Shown: positions 40,115-53,070 of the stretch, piece by piece
How positions within the stretch are numbered: the stretch's first letter is position 1
Layout of the letters: each line of letters begins with the position of its first letter
NCBI GenBank assembly: GCA_051362555.1
Contig: CM120647.1
Coordinates: forward strand, 4,154,001-4,218,000
DNA length: 64,000 nt
Source of the DNA: Lingula anatina
Taxonomy: Eukaryota; Animalia; Brachiopoda
Reading direction: 5' to 3'
Position numbers and translations under genes: made by a program
Notes under the pieces: generated by a model
What the model saw: only the letters and a program-made list of their open reading frames with translations
Databases searched by the model: none
Told to the model about the DNA's origin: nothing

Positions 40115-43100
40115 CTTTTTTTTTTTTTAACTTTCATTTTTATATCTATATGTAAGGCTCCTAAGATGTCTCCCTCGTGGCCACAGAGAACGGACAGTTA
40201 CAGTACACCGTTACGTTAACGGCGGTGCATGAAGGGATGTAGTCGGTCGGTTAACACCAATGGTCGCCATTAAAGTGAAGAAAAGCGATTAAAAATATAT
40301 CACAAGGGAGATGAAGGCGCTCCTCGCGGGTATGTGAGGTTAGCTGTTGATTGATGGCGAAGGGGACAAATGGCACTACCTTGACGCGACTCTTATATCT
40401 TATTTATTGAAAAGATTTAACAGGCGGCATACTTGAAAGGGAAATAAATAAATGAATAGTTGTTGATACACCGGGTTTCATTACCCTCTACCAGGACCAT
40501 AGGTTAATTTTTCACTGGATATTCACAGATATGTCTCTATCTAATTCATGACACGATTCTCTGCTGTGAAGAAAAAAAAACACAAACTTAATCTGATAGA
40601 GGATACTGTTTCACCTGCGCATAAAATACAGAATAAACACAAATGAGAGAAAAAAAGTCTCATTACATTGACTGTAGCTGGACAATTGTCACCCTTGTGT
40701 GATGAATCTTTGCTTGAAGCCTTCTTATCAAAACCGGTTTTTGAACCTAAAAGTCACATCGGGTAATCTTTATGACTTCATACTCTTCCATAACCCCTCT
40801 TTCCCGCCCTAAAATCAGTCCCTGCTCTAGTGTTTTTTATGTAGTGACAGCATTATCTGTGTTTTTTTAGAGAAAAAAGACCATAAACTCTTGAATGAGA
40901 ATACAGGGGATCCTGACTGACCTCCCCAAACAAAATGGCAGATAAGGGGGGGAGGGGGGAGGGGGGGGGGGCGGATGTGCAAGGCCCGTTACTAGATAAC
41001 TTGGATCTGCCTTATCTGCATAATGTACATGTACCAGATTTTCAAGTGTTTTGACTGCACGTTATTATCAGTAAAAAAAGCAAATACTACTTTCGCACAT
41101 TGAGGCAAGCAATCACATACAATCAAACAATGGCCATACAAAAATCTCTCTTACAATGAGTTACACAACCTCGAACCTCTCAGGCCAGAAGGTCCTGGAA
41201 GAATGCTCATCGACGCACCAACCCCGACCCTGATAGAAACTGTGGCGCCACCTGCCTAATTCCCGGATGTACTCACTATATTATTATAAGTTTAAACATC
41301 CAAACTGCACAAACGCTGTAGTATTTGTGATTTTCGCCATTCACTTGAAATTAACATAAAACTCATGTTCCAGTCGTAATACCGTGAAACATTGGAGAGT
41401 TGTGGGCGTTTTCTTGTAAATTATAAACTAATTAATGAATTATACTAATTAAACTCTAAATTATTTTTCAGGTGTATACTGCCGACTTATTCCAACAGCA
41501 CAGGTTCATCTCAACCGCAACACGTATTCCGCTATGGGACAGTTAATGAAAGTGACATTCATATAACGCTGTCTCGAACTAGTGGTGAACTTAACCCTTG
41601 TAATGACGTCAGCAATATGAGTGACGTCAGCACTGAACGGGACGCAGGATGCAACAGTTGGGTGTACGATAAAACTTTGTTTAAGGAAACGTATCCTACA
41701 GAGGTATGTGATAATGTGATATATATATGTGTGAACATTTTAATGGCAAGCGCGCATGCACGTACAAACACACGCGAACAACCTCCTTCATCATCTTTTT
41801 TTATGTAAAGCACTTTTTTATTTCCAGTTTAATCTGGTTTGTGATGACGCCAGTAAAGTAACCATGACGACGTTGATGTTTCTGATTGGTGCAGCTGCAG
41901 GGAATGTATTGATAGGGTTTCTGTCGGATCGGTAACCAAAACTTTTATTTTCAAAAAAATTGTTCGTTTCTTGATATTTGTTTTTGAGTCTTGATTTGAC
42001 TTTCTATGCTTATATTTAATTTGTATGCACCTTGAAGTTTCATGCGTCATCGGAACCGTAAATAGCGTTAATTTTCGTGGTAGCTTAAAACATTCACAAA
42101 ACGTGTTTTAAACAACTAATCACGGAATATAAAATTTAATAATATATTTCCTGGGCTCTGTTTTACAGGGTTGGTCGGCGAATAGCACTAGGCATTGCCC
42201 TACTATTAGAGTGTGCAGCAGGGATGTCCGCGGCGTTTGCACCCTCTCCAACAGCGGCAATGGTCTTCAGGTTCTTCCTCGGGGCCTGTTCAAGCGGGTC
42301 CTACACCACAGCGTTTGCGTTCGGTAATCCTAAATGTGTATTTTCGAGTTCATGAACGAGAATTTTTGTCCAACTCGAATGTTTTTCATTCCACATCAAG
42401 TTACTTCTCGATAGTACATGTATCAGCCGTCTATCTCTAAACAGTATGAAGTTAAACCAATGTAAGCCACGATTTTGAATGTAATCTAAGTACATGCATC
42501 ACCTCTTGTTGCAACTGAACTTATCTGATTGTCATTAAAACTTTCAAAATGTATATTGACACACAAATGGCATGAAAAGGCTATTATTATTCAGTCTGTG
42601 GCAGTATTTGTCATTATGTATTTAGTTTATATTCATATCAACTTCATAAATCCTTTATTTTGGATATAATATCTAATTTAAGCGTTTTTAATCACCTTTA
42701 GGGATGGAGGTCATTGGTTCCAAAAAGAGAATGCTTGTTGGAATCATCATGCATTTCTCATTCGCTTTTGGAAGTTGTCTGATTTCCGGAATTGCGTACG
42801 CATTCCGCCACTGGCGCCACATCCAGATTGCCATATCGGCGCCATTGTTTCTGATGGCCGTGTACACATGGTGAGGGCTAAAGTCAAAGATCACCAGCTT
42901 TTCTAGCTAGTAGATTGTTTCTACATACATAAAGTAGCAACTACCTGTAACTACATTAGAAAAGCAATGTCTGATTTATTTACCACACTATATCCCTTAC
43001 TTTCAAAAGTACCCCTTCATCTATTCTCGTTACCAAAATACAGTACAACAAGGAAAGCCAGGCAAAAGCGTTCCTATGACCTATATATCAGCGAAAAATT

Positions 43101-44435
43101 CTCCCCACCATCAACTATTCGCTGGCCGAACCAAGTCAGAATCCTTATCCCTTGTGTCCAACCATAAAGTTCGTTATTATATGCATGGCAAATACATATA
43201 TGTCATGCCTGTTTTGACCAATATATGACTGATCCACCACATACACCACATATTTTAGTGATAATGATGTTAAGATATTTTAGGTCGCAACACGAGGGAT
43301 TTAAATTGGGGATAATAATTAAGCCACACAATATATAATAAGGTATTCTGCATTCTTGGGTATTTCGGTTATTATGTAGTGTGGTCCTAATAATAATAAC
43401 CCATAAAACGAAGGGCCAGTAAACTTATGCAGTTATGTATACATTTTTCCAGGTTTATTCCGGAGTCGTTGCGTTGGTTGTTGTCAAAGGGATACAAAAA
43501 GGAGGCCGTGCGAGTTGCTTTGCGCATTGCCAAAGAGAACGGCCGCCATATTGAATCAACAGACGCCCTATTCAGAAAGCACGAGCCAGTTTACGTCCGG
43601 AAAAGAACCAGAGGCATTCCAAAGGAGCTGTGCCAAACGCCCCGTCTTATGTTGTGCATGGTCATTCTCTCTGTTAACTGGTCAGTGAAAGTTATAGATG
43701 CATTAAAAGTAATTTTATTAAAAAAATAAATAAATAAATAAAAAACGCGACCAAGCCCATATACCGTAGTTTGAAAAGGTAAAACTTAGAGAAACACCAA
43801 AGGACATCGTTTCATATTTCATAATTATATTTTGAACGGATATTTTCTGCTTTCTTTCCCTGCAGTCTCATTACCTCCGCCAAGAAGGTTATGTTTTCAC
43901 CCCTGTTTGTCTGTTTGTCTGTCTGTTATCAACATAACTCAAAAAGTTATGGACCGATTTTGATGAAACTTTCAGGAACTGTCAGAAATGGGCCAAGGAA
44001 CAGATGATTAGTTTTTGGTGGTGATAATCAATAATCAAAAATCAAAAAATCATTATAGAGTGAAACGGCATTGGGTGGAGACTTTGCTACCTTGGTTTGA
44101 ATAGGAAGTCAATTGCGAGCTCAGGTACACACACGCATGGGAGTAGGGGTGATGCCTATGTAATGTGCGCACCAACACTCCATTTAGCGGAATTTTATGA
44201 ATTGGGGGGGGGGGGGCAAATAAATGAGCCTGTTCACGACCAAAAAATTGAAGAAGGTGCAGTTTTTAAGCTCCTTTTGTCTGGACGAAAAATTGATTTG
44301 GCTTATGTCTTGACATGTCGACTTTATTTTAGTCGTAAAAGGAACTGGTAGAAGTGGTTTATATGCGTTACTGGAAATCCACGCTCGCTTCACACACATG
44401 TAACTCTAAAGTAACAAAATGTATTAAAGCTTTAG

Positions 44436-44484
<49 letters not shown>

Positions 44485-45291
44485 ATATATATATTTTTTT
44501 TTCTTTTTTTTTTTTTTTTTTGAAATTGTCCTTTGGCGTTTCATGGAAAATCAATTATTTTGCAAGACGTAAAGATCTAACGCGATTGGTATACTGTATA
44601 TTAAAGCTTTAAATAACATATAGGGTTATCCATGCACCGCAAGTTCTTTGGACCCATTTGTGTAAAGATCATGCACCAGTTGCCCACATGGTGCTTGTAT
44701 GGGTAGAGACCCTAACCATTTTTAAGCAATGGAAAGACTCTGTTAATTCGCATTTAAGTTGTGTAAACCCAAAAGCAGGTTTTTTGTTGAATAACATTTG
44801 GTTCATTTCATGCATTCCACGTGGACTTTTTACTTTTAAATTACAAGACTTTGTTAAGTAATTAATTAGTTTTATGCTCAATTAGTTCAACCAGTGTGTG
44901 GTAACTCTCCTGCTTTTTTCTCTAGGCATCCATCCCATTGTCTGTTTGTTCATATTTCAGGGCAGTTCTTGAATCCACCTGGTATGGTATAGGACTCAAC
45001 ACCGGGAATCTCAGCGGAAGTATATTTCTCAACTTTTTCCTGCTTAGCCTGATGGAGTTTCCTGCCGTTTGTGTGGTGTTCACTATCAACCGATTCGGCA
45101 GAAAAGTCCCCTTCGTTTCTTCCATGGTGTTGTGTGGGATATTCTGTTTATCTGTCATATTTGTAGAGTTGTACATGGGACAAGGTGAGTGCTGTAAAAA
45201 ACGTGCTTAAATGCCAGTAGATTGGACACAATGATTCAATGCACCCCGAACAACTGAATCATATGTTCTCACAATTAATTGATCATTTATC

Positions 45292-45337
<46 letters not shown>

Positions 45338-46483
45338 TATCTGTTTATTTATTTGTATTATTTATGTATGTATTTATTTATTTTATTTCATTTATTTTTT
45401 TTCTTGCAGACGACCCTTTATCAAACTGGATACGAGTGGCGCTCTCTGTCGGTGCGAAGCTCTTCATCTCGGTCGCTTACAACATCGTGTACATCTGGGG
45501 TGCTGAAATCTACCCAACTGTCATGCGCACGGTTGGCATGGCGATATCAATCATGGTAGCTAAGATAGGGACGCTTTTAGCTCCTGTCATTGTGGTGAGA
45601 TGATTCATTCTTAATATTTCATTGTTACCTCCGCCAAGGAGGTTATGTTTTAACCCCTGTTTGTTTGTCATCAACATAACTCAAAAAGTGATGGGCCGAT
45701 TTTGATGAAATTTTCAGGAACTGTCAGAAGTGGGCCATGAAACATATGATAAGTTTTTGGTGGTGATCCGGTTCAATAATCAATCGATAATGAATCATCA
45801 AAAATATCGAAAATTTAGGGGTGAAACGGCTTTGGATGGAGACTTTGCTGCCTTGGCGGAGGTCTGCCCTCTCTGAGTGCGTTTCTAGTTAGAGTGTTGT
45901 CACGAATTCTGCTTAGCGTATATTCGCGGATCAAACATGGCCGACCCACTTGAAAACTTACTGCCTGATCCTCTTAAAGACACTGTATAGATTCCCCGCG
46001 GATTACGTGGTGAGCTTTCGAGTGGGTCGGCCATATTTAATCCACGGATCTGTTAGTCTGCGGATCAACTTTGGTTGTGGATGCATTCAAGACGCTTATT
46101 TTTTAGCCAGTTCAGTATTGAATTTGATCTATAGATTCAACTCATCAACTACTTTTTTCAATCATTATTGACTTCGCTTTCTTTGCTTGTAGAGGGAGCT
46201 CAACTACAGCGGATATTTCAAAGATAAAAGCACCTTGCCTCTTGTCATCTTCGGAGGAATGTCTGTCCTCGGTGGTCTGTCTTCGCTTTTACTGCAAGAA
46301 ACGGCCAACAAACCTCTGCGACAAACAATAACGGAAATGAACAAGAAATGTACGTCACTTCCGGTAAAAGACAAGTGTGACGTCAAACTGAATGGAGAAT
46401 TTGGCTTTCATACGGAAAAGCAGACACGCAGTGAGGGCTATTCTGATGGTGACACTGAAAAAACCACGGCTAACTTATTATAG
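35828..46483 (+). CDS. SLC22 family organic cation transporter-like MFS protein (9 exons, ~604 aa)
   Basis: Exons 35828-36054, 41472-41703, 41828-41931, 42169-42323, 42702-42870, 43453-43680, 44961-45184, 45410-45594, 46193-46483; all GT-AG, 1815 nt in frame. Motifs LGSFGCFQ, WVYD, TEFNLVCD, LSDRVGRR, WRHIQ, IPESLRWL, RFGRK, AEIYPTVMR, LQET; AATAAA at ~46502. Confidence 0.93.
36724..36857. repeat. Palindromic element built from 11-bp ctataggatcc-type units
   Basis: cgaaaaagtcttatagg ... cctataggactttttcg flanking repeated tataggatcc/tataagatct words. Confidence 0.7.
37397..37513. repeat. (CA)n-rich microsatellite (others 44439-44485, 47725-47752, 47903-47931, 63930-64000)
   Basis: Direct reading. 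Confidence 0.9.
37812..38030. mobile_element. MITE family B (ccccctttacactggacggc...gccgtccagtgtaaagggg)
   Basis: ~30-bp TIR; near-identical copy at 61112-61320; longer relative at 48296-51271. Confidence 0.85.
39036..39293. mobile_element. MITE with ~55-bp TIR, related to family A
   Basis: gaccccattaccatacctag...catctccgagggattc / gaatcccctcggagatg...ctaggtatgggaatggggtc. Confidence 0.8.
43871..44095 (+). mobile_element. HINE/DINE-like (Helentron-associated) element, 3' end truncated
   Basis: ttacctccgccaag start, (gttt/gtct)n microsatellite, conserved core; breaks off at ccttgg. Confidence 0.75.
45625..45890 (+). mobile_element. HINE/DINE-like (Helentron-associated) element, complete
   Basis: Subterminal inverted repeats acctccgccaagg / ccttggcggaggt, microsatellite, ends ttctagtt; 3' halves also at 13255-13362 and 27705-27827. 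Confidence 0.8.
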
Positions 46484-47571
46484 CGATATATAAATTACAG
46501 GAATAAATTATTATATATATATATATATTTTTTTTTTTTTCACGGTATTAAATAAGTACGCACATAAAAAACGTCTTTGTACCATGGATAAAACGTGTGA
46601 GTAATTGTAAGCAGATTTGAAAGACCTTTATTTATACATTTATACAAATTTCCTCTAATCAAGATTTCCAATAAACTTATTTTTATCTCATTTTAGAAAA
46701 GTTTTGCGTCACCTTAACCCTACCGCGACTTAGGATATCGTGTGTCCTGGGACATCGCATGACTTTACGTTGTTGGATTTGTATGTCTCCGCTGGAATTG
46801 TATTTGAATGAAAAACTCAATATCTACATGTTTGAAAGAGAGGTTTTTAAAATATTTTCAATGAAATTTTATTGTCTTTGAGATATGCAGTGTAGTTCAG
46901 TACCATTATATAATCTGTTATCCACAGGTTATATATCATTGCTTTTAAAAGGCAGATTAATTGTGCGTTCACAACTGATTGCCGCCTAAGTTACTGACGC
47001 ATCACACTCTGCTCAAAAAAGGTTTCTGACATCTTTTGCAATATTTTATTCTTTTTCTCGTAAATGACCAGTAATTCTTTAATCCGGTGTGACAGAAATG
47101 GTAGACCTAGGAATGGAAGTCCGGGATCCTGTACAAAGTAATGGGGAACGGACTACGGAATATCATTCCTATCACATTGGCTCTCACTGTGGCCTATATA
47201 TGTTTACATGTAGCAACAAGAGCCCTTTCTCACACCATATTGTTATTTTTTAAGTTTTAAACCGAAAAACTAATAACTGTATGATTTGTCTCTAAAATTG
47301 GGAATGCCTCTCCCCACACATTGCGCCCAGTGTCACACCTAACAATATATTCCTTTATTCAACTGGGTAAATTTGTACGTACATTCTATAAGCTTATAGC
47401 ATTTTTCTAGAATCCCTATCTTCACTAAGTTGAAGTGTCACAACGAGAGAACCAAAATCGATGGATCATTTGCACTTCTTTGGTTTTCGTAAAGCATTAT
47501 GCACACATCGTTGGATAAAATGCTACAGACTTTTTGTGCGAACATATTATGGAAAAAAGAGACACAAAGAG

Positions 47572-47643
47572 AGGTTCTACCGAGACTTGAACTCGGATCG
47601 CGGGATTCAAAGTCCAGAGTGCTAACCATTAAACCATAGAACC
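47572..47643 (-). tRNA. tRNA-Gln(TTG) variant; two stem mismatches, possible pseudogene
   Basis: 72 nt; G>T in D stem and A>C in anticodon stem relative to intact copies. Confidence 0.75.
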
Positions 47644-47719
47644 ACTTTCGTGAGCCAGTCAACCATTATTATCACAGTGAGGATCTTTTGTGCTAAAACG
47701 GGTGTTACTGCATATCGCT

Positions 47720-47756
<37 letters not shown>

Positions 47757-47883
47757 TGGCGGATCAAAACATATTTTCGGAAAGTTTTCCAAATTCAGCG
47801 TGTAGTATGCGTCAAAAGTTTTAACTTATTAAAAATATATATTTGTAAACATACGTAAATAACATCTTGTAAACAGCAAATTG

Positions 47884-47935
<52 letters not shown>

Positions 47936-48295
47936 CGCATATACAGTATAATTATATTGTTATATTGCAGGGACGCAAACGTAACTCTTTCCTATCCACT
48001 GCTATCTATTGCCCCTCCACCCTCCCATCTCCAAAGTCATTAAACACATTGATTTATTTGTGTTACCTGACGCAATATATATTCTCACTGAAGCTGAATC
48101 ATTTGTCTGTCACATTGCTGTTTTCCTCACAAATTGCGTCCAGTGTCACACCTAACACAACACATTCTTGCATTCCACTCGGTATAATGGAACTTGCATT
48201 AAAGTTTATAATTTTTTTAAATTCCTGTCTGCGATTAGTTGTCTTCATATAAGAACCAGAAACAATTGATCTCTTGCACTTCCTTGGTTTTCGTA

Positions 48296-51271
48296 GGCCC
48301 CCTTTACACTGAACGGCGTTCTTTCTGCGTCCCTACTACGATCAAAAATGTGGTCAGGACGCTCCATGTTCGCCAAAGCATGTTCGCCATGCTTCTCAGC
48401 CATTCCACGAAAAAGGGTACAATTCTGAATAATACCTGTCGCAGCTTATTTTCGGTAGTAAAAGCATCTGCAGTTTTGCTTTTTTTAGCCTTTTTTAGCA
48501 GGACCCGATGTGTTCTACTTAAAAAACAACAATTAATATAGTACCACTTGCTTTGACGGGAACCCCGGGGGTCTATATGCCGCAAAAAGCACGATTTCGA
48601 CGTGTCGCTTCGGTATTATAGCTGATTTGCCACAAGAAAAAGTTTATATTTTCCCGTGTTTTAGTGTTTTTAGTCCTCAACTAATTTGAATTCATGTTTC
48701 TTTTTATCATACATGGTGATCTCTGTCGAATATGTTGGTTAGTTACGTCACTGTCATAGTTTAATCAATGTCGCTCAGTAACCCCTAACCTCCGTAACGG
48801 CTTTTTAAGTCAATGTAAGAATAAAAGAAAATGCTCTTAAATGGCCTTCCTGTGCATTTTTCAAACTCATAATACATGAAGTTTAATAAAACAGTGCTAT
48901 TTGTTAATTTTGAATGATGCGTTCCATCATAGAGAATGTTAACTCACAAAAGTCGGGGTGTCGCATTTAAGAGCCTAACCTCAGTAACGGACCAAATTTG
49001 AAGAAAATGTTGCTTTAGAAAGTTAAAAACATCATTTTTGTTAAGCAAAGACCAACTTCTTCCTAAAAAATTCATTCAATAGTTATGCAAAGTTATCCCG
49101 AGGATAAAAACTGAAAAAGAATGCGTGTCACCTTACGTCCGTTATGCTAACCTCCGTTACGAAATAAGTTAGTTGTTATAAAAATGACTGTTAATACTTT
49201 AAAACGTTATTTCTGTGGTTTTGTGAGTTAATTCTGATCATATGAGTAGTTCTACTTCTATGTTCTGATGTAGTATGCATTCATACTGCTTGCTGTTAAA
49301 GACATTACCCCGCATTAATATAGATATAAAATATACATATATAGCTGATAATTCTATCAAGAAAGGCTAATGATTTAAGTTTTTACTCCAGTTTGCTATA
49401 AAATCGAGGGTAAATCGCGATTTGTTTTATCGAATTGATTTCCGTTTGTCACTTGACGATGCCTTTTTGAACTTATCATTCTGATTTTAAGCGAAATGAG
49501 TAGTTTTCAGGACTGTCTTGGCAAGAAAAATGGTACTAGCTGACATCAGTACTAACGTGCATGTAGCAGACATTATTTTCGCGGGAGACACATGGCGAAA
49601 TATATTAAGCATTGAAGCAACAGTTACATTTATCAGGTAGAACTGCTGGATTATTAGGTCCTATTTTACTATTTCAGTAGCACATAATAGTTTTTATCAT
49701 CTTCTAGATGCTTCCAGTAACTTTAAATGGACAGTTATTGGCAAACACGTGTCTATTGTCGGCCTACTTGATTGTATGCATTAACTTTCTCGGGTATTTT
49801 GTTGTTTTTTATTGCCTATAACTGCGATCATGTGCATGTAAGTTTAATGTTTTGTTATACAGACACCAATGTGCCACTTACAAATACAGAGCGACACAAA
49901 CACTACAGAGAAAGAAAAAAAATCTAATGACTGCGAAGCTTTTCTTGTGAAAGATTTTGAACGGTTTAAATGTACATGTATGACATAATTTAGACTAGAG
50001 TTTTACCTTACCTCTGTTACTAAGATTATAAATTAAACTCTTACTCTGGTAAAATATGGAATGTGAATTCTACAGATACATAGATCAACATATTAGCAGT
50101 GAAATGTATCCAGTAGTGGTAAATGTATTTATGTAGTCCTTGAAAGTAAGCAAAACAACCCGTTGTAACCATTTGCCATTTAATGGTTTGAATAAACATG
50201 TTTTATCAATTTTTCTATGTTATTATGTAAATTTATCGTATCTGTAATACTTTAAATTCCGAATTCATCTTCTAAAGTCTACCTTAAGCTAAAAATATCA
50301 AAACAAATATATGATCGCTGACCTATGTAGAATGACCTAACCTCCGTTACGAAATTACTCCTTTTTCATTTGAACATTGGATATGTGTGTGCTCATTGAT
50401 CAATGCTAATATCATAATAGATTGATAGCACTTTGTTCATAAACAAATAGTATGATAAAAAAGCAAGTCTGTCCCCAACGATTAATAAAATATTTAAATT
50501 GGAATATCTCAGCCTTTGTATTTATAGAAAACGAGCCACTTATTACCAATGTGTTTGCACCGCATTTTCTATAATTGAAGAGAAATCTTAAATGGGCAAT
50601 AATATTTTGAATACATACAAATTCTTAATAATTGAATCAAATATGGAGCCTGTGACCTTTGGCATGATTGAAATATAACCTAATTTATATGTTACCTAAC
50701 CTCCGTAACTAAAAAAATACTGTACCATGTTTACACGTGCATATTTCTTTAAATACAGTAATGGTGTGGGTTAAAATTCTTCTACTACTCTCTGAATACC
50801 TCTTCATCAAAATAATATAAAAAGTTTTCCAGTTTTGCAAAGTTCATATCGCTGCATTTCTTGTTTTGGAATTGTACCCCTTTTCGTGGAATGGCTGTTC
50901 TGCGTCCCCTGGGCGTCCCTTGAACGAATGATCCTTACCTGTAAAACTGTAAAACTGCGAGCGACATGTGTGTCCATTGAGTGACCTCTGCGTCCACTAA
51001 GCGACCTGCCTGCCTCTTCTGAGTGGTCAAAGTGCTTCGGCTTTCATTGCTATGTTTGAGCGACCACTGACCATCAAATGTTGCTTTCTCTGTACTTTCG
51101 GAAATCATGCTCAAAACTTTGCGGCGAGCAAGGGCTCCTTGGTGATGCTTTAAATAACGTTTTATGCGAGCTTAGTGATCACCATGCGCTCTTTGAGCGT
51201 TCAACGACGACCTGGCAAGTTACATGGTCGCACAAAGGAGGCAGAAAGGACAGCGTCCAGTGTAATGGGGG
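48296..51271. mobile_element. Family-B-related element split by a 2.5-kb insertion
   Basis: Left end ggccccctttacactgaacggc; right end cagcgtccagtgtaatggggg. Confidence 0.65.
48397..50897. mobile_element. Non-autonomous DNA transposon, 29-bp TIR, 4-bp TSD (Sola-like, tentative)
   Basis: cagccattccacgaaaaagggtacaattc / gaattgtaccccttttcgtggaatggctg (1 mismatch); TSD ttct at 48393-96 and 50898-901; no ORF. Confidence 0.85.
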
Positions 51272-51392
51272 ATTACGTTCCCATGTATTTTGCACACGTT
51301 GTTGCATAATGTGCCACAGTGAACAGATATATATTCCGGGGGGGGGGGGGGGAGGGGGGGAGCTGAAGGGTGTTGAGGAATAAAAATGAAAG

Positions 51393-51464
51393 AGGTTCAA
51401 CCTAAATTTAAACTCGTATCGCTGGATTTAGAGTCCAGAGTGCTAACCATTACACCATAGAACC
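51393..51464 (-). pseudogene. tRNA-Gln-derived pseudogene with CTA anticodon
   Basis: Minus strand ggttctatggtgtaatggttagcactctggactCTAaatccagcgatacgagtttaaatttaggttgaacct; T-arm and B-box disrupted. Confidence 0.8.
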
Positions 51465-51895
51465 ACTTAAGTGTGACCTCTATATCATTATAAACAGGGG
51501 AAATGAACGGCTGCTTAATATGGTTTGATCTTTTAGGAATCTTGTAATTTAAAAATGCTACCACAATATTCAGCAATACCTGCCTGCCTCTTCTGAGTGG
51601 TCAAAGTGCAAACTGCGATGTTTGAGTGACCATTGAGCATCAAATGTTGCGTTCTCTGTACTTTCGGAAATCATGCTCAAAACTTTGCGGCGACAACGGC
51701 GTCCTCTCCGATGCTTTAACGTTTTGTGCGAGCTTAGCGATCACCATGCGTTGTTTGAGCGTTCAATAGCGACCTGACCAATTTCGTGGTCGCATAAAGG
51801 GCGCAGGAAGGACACCGCCCAGTGTAACGTGGGTTACGTTCGCATGTATTTTGTACACGTAGTTGGATAATGTTCCACAGTGGTTGGATAATGTG

Positions 51896-51939
<44 letters not shown>

Positions 51940-51978
51940 GTGGTGGTGGAGGAGGAGGGGAGGAAAAGTAAAAAGGAC

Positions 51979-52050
51979 AGGTTCTACCGAGATTTGAACT
52001 CGGATCGCTGGATTCAGAGTCCAGAGTGCTAACCATTACACCAAAGAACC
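51979..52050 (-). tRNA. tRNA-Gln(CTG), one acceptor-stem mismatch
   Basis: 72 nt, position 7 A>T, otherwise canonical; T-run downstream. Confidence 0.85.
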
Positions 52051-52998
52051 ACACATTTGAGAAAAAACTCATATCCCTGAATAACATACACACACACACA
52101 CACGCAATGTAATATCAAATACTCAATCCATATAATCATGATTTTTTATTATATTGGAGACTTTCCACCATTCTTGTCGCTATTGGCTAGGAACCATTGT
52201 CCATTTTTATCATTATATACAGCTGGCATTTACCGTACTCCATATACTGACCCTGATACCTGTGTCTAACCCTTACCTGTGAAATAACCATACGGAACCT
52301 CTGACTTTAATTCCTGGGACTACCATTTCTGTCACAGGCTTTTTTCGCGTTATATCACGATTCGCACTCTTCGTACAATGTACATGGGATAAAAATACTT
52401 TTGTCTACAGGTAGTGGGAGTGGTGAGATTACTGGAAAAATGTTTGTCAAATAGCACTTACTGAACTGGCCAAATATATATGAATGGTAAAAATGAATTA
52501 TTTTCGATAAAAGTACGTGCAAATATGAAGATATACTTCTGTTTTTGATAGAAAGGAAGTACAAAAGATAGCAAAGATGATGCTAGCTCTAGAAACAAAT
52601 ATTTCACAAATGAAGAAATGGCAATGCTTTGTCTTTTACTCAGTGTTTGCACATCAAGACGGTCATTGTCACCCGAACAATGAGTCAATCCCAACGTGAC
52701 ATGAAACGCAAACACAGCTAGAAACGTCATCTCACGTAACAATAATATGACGTCATAAGTACGGGATAATCGCGGAGCCGTTGTCATAACGTTAGATTAT
52801 CCAATGTTTCCTCACTGAACGGTGTATTCCATGAAAAGTGAAATGTTTCATGTCTGTAGATCACAAGCGCTAGATCTTCTGGTGAAAAAATCCACTTATT
52901 TGATGAGTTTATACAATTCCTTGAACTCTTTTTTTTCTCTGTGCGGTTGTGTGTGTCCTTGTTGTATTATGGTGAATTCATTAAAAAACGAAGCCGAA

Positions 52999-53070
52999 AG
53001 GTTCTACCGAGACTTGAACTCGGATCGCTGGATTCAGAGTCCAGAGTGCTAACCATTACACCATAGAACC
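52999..53070 (-). tRNA. tRNA-Gln(CTG)
   Basis: ggttctatggtgtaatggttagcactctggactCTGaatccagcgatccgagttcaagtctcggtagaacct; full cloverleaf, A and B boxes. Confidence 0.95.

Noticed and set aside
51393-51464. Genetic-code reassignment of UAG
   Set aside because: tRNA is structurally broken; receptor, lectin and SLC22 genes all terminate at TAG.
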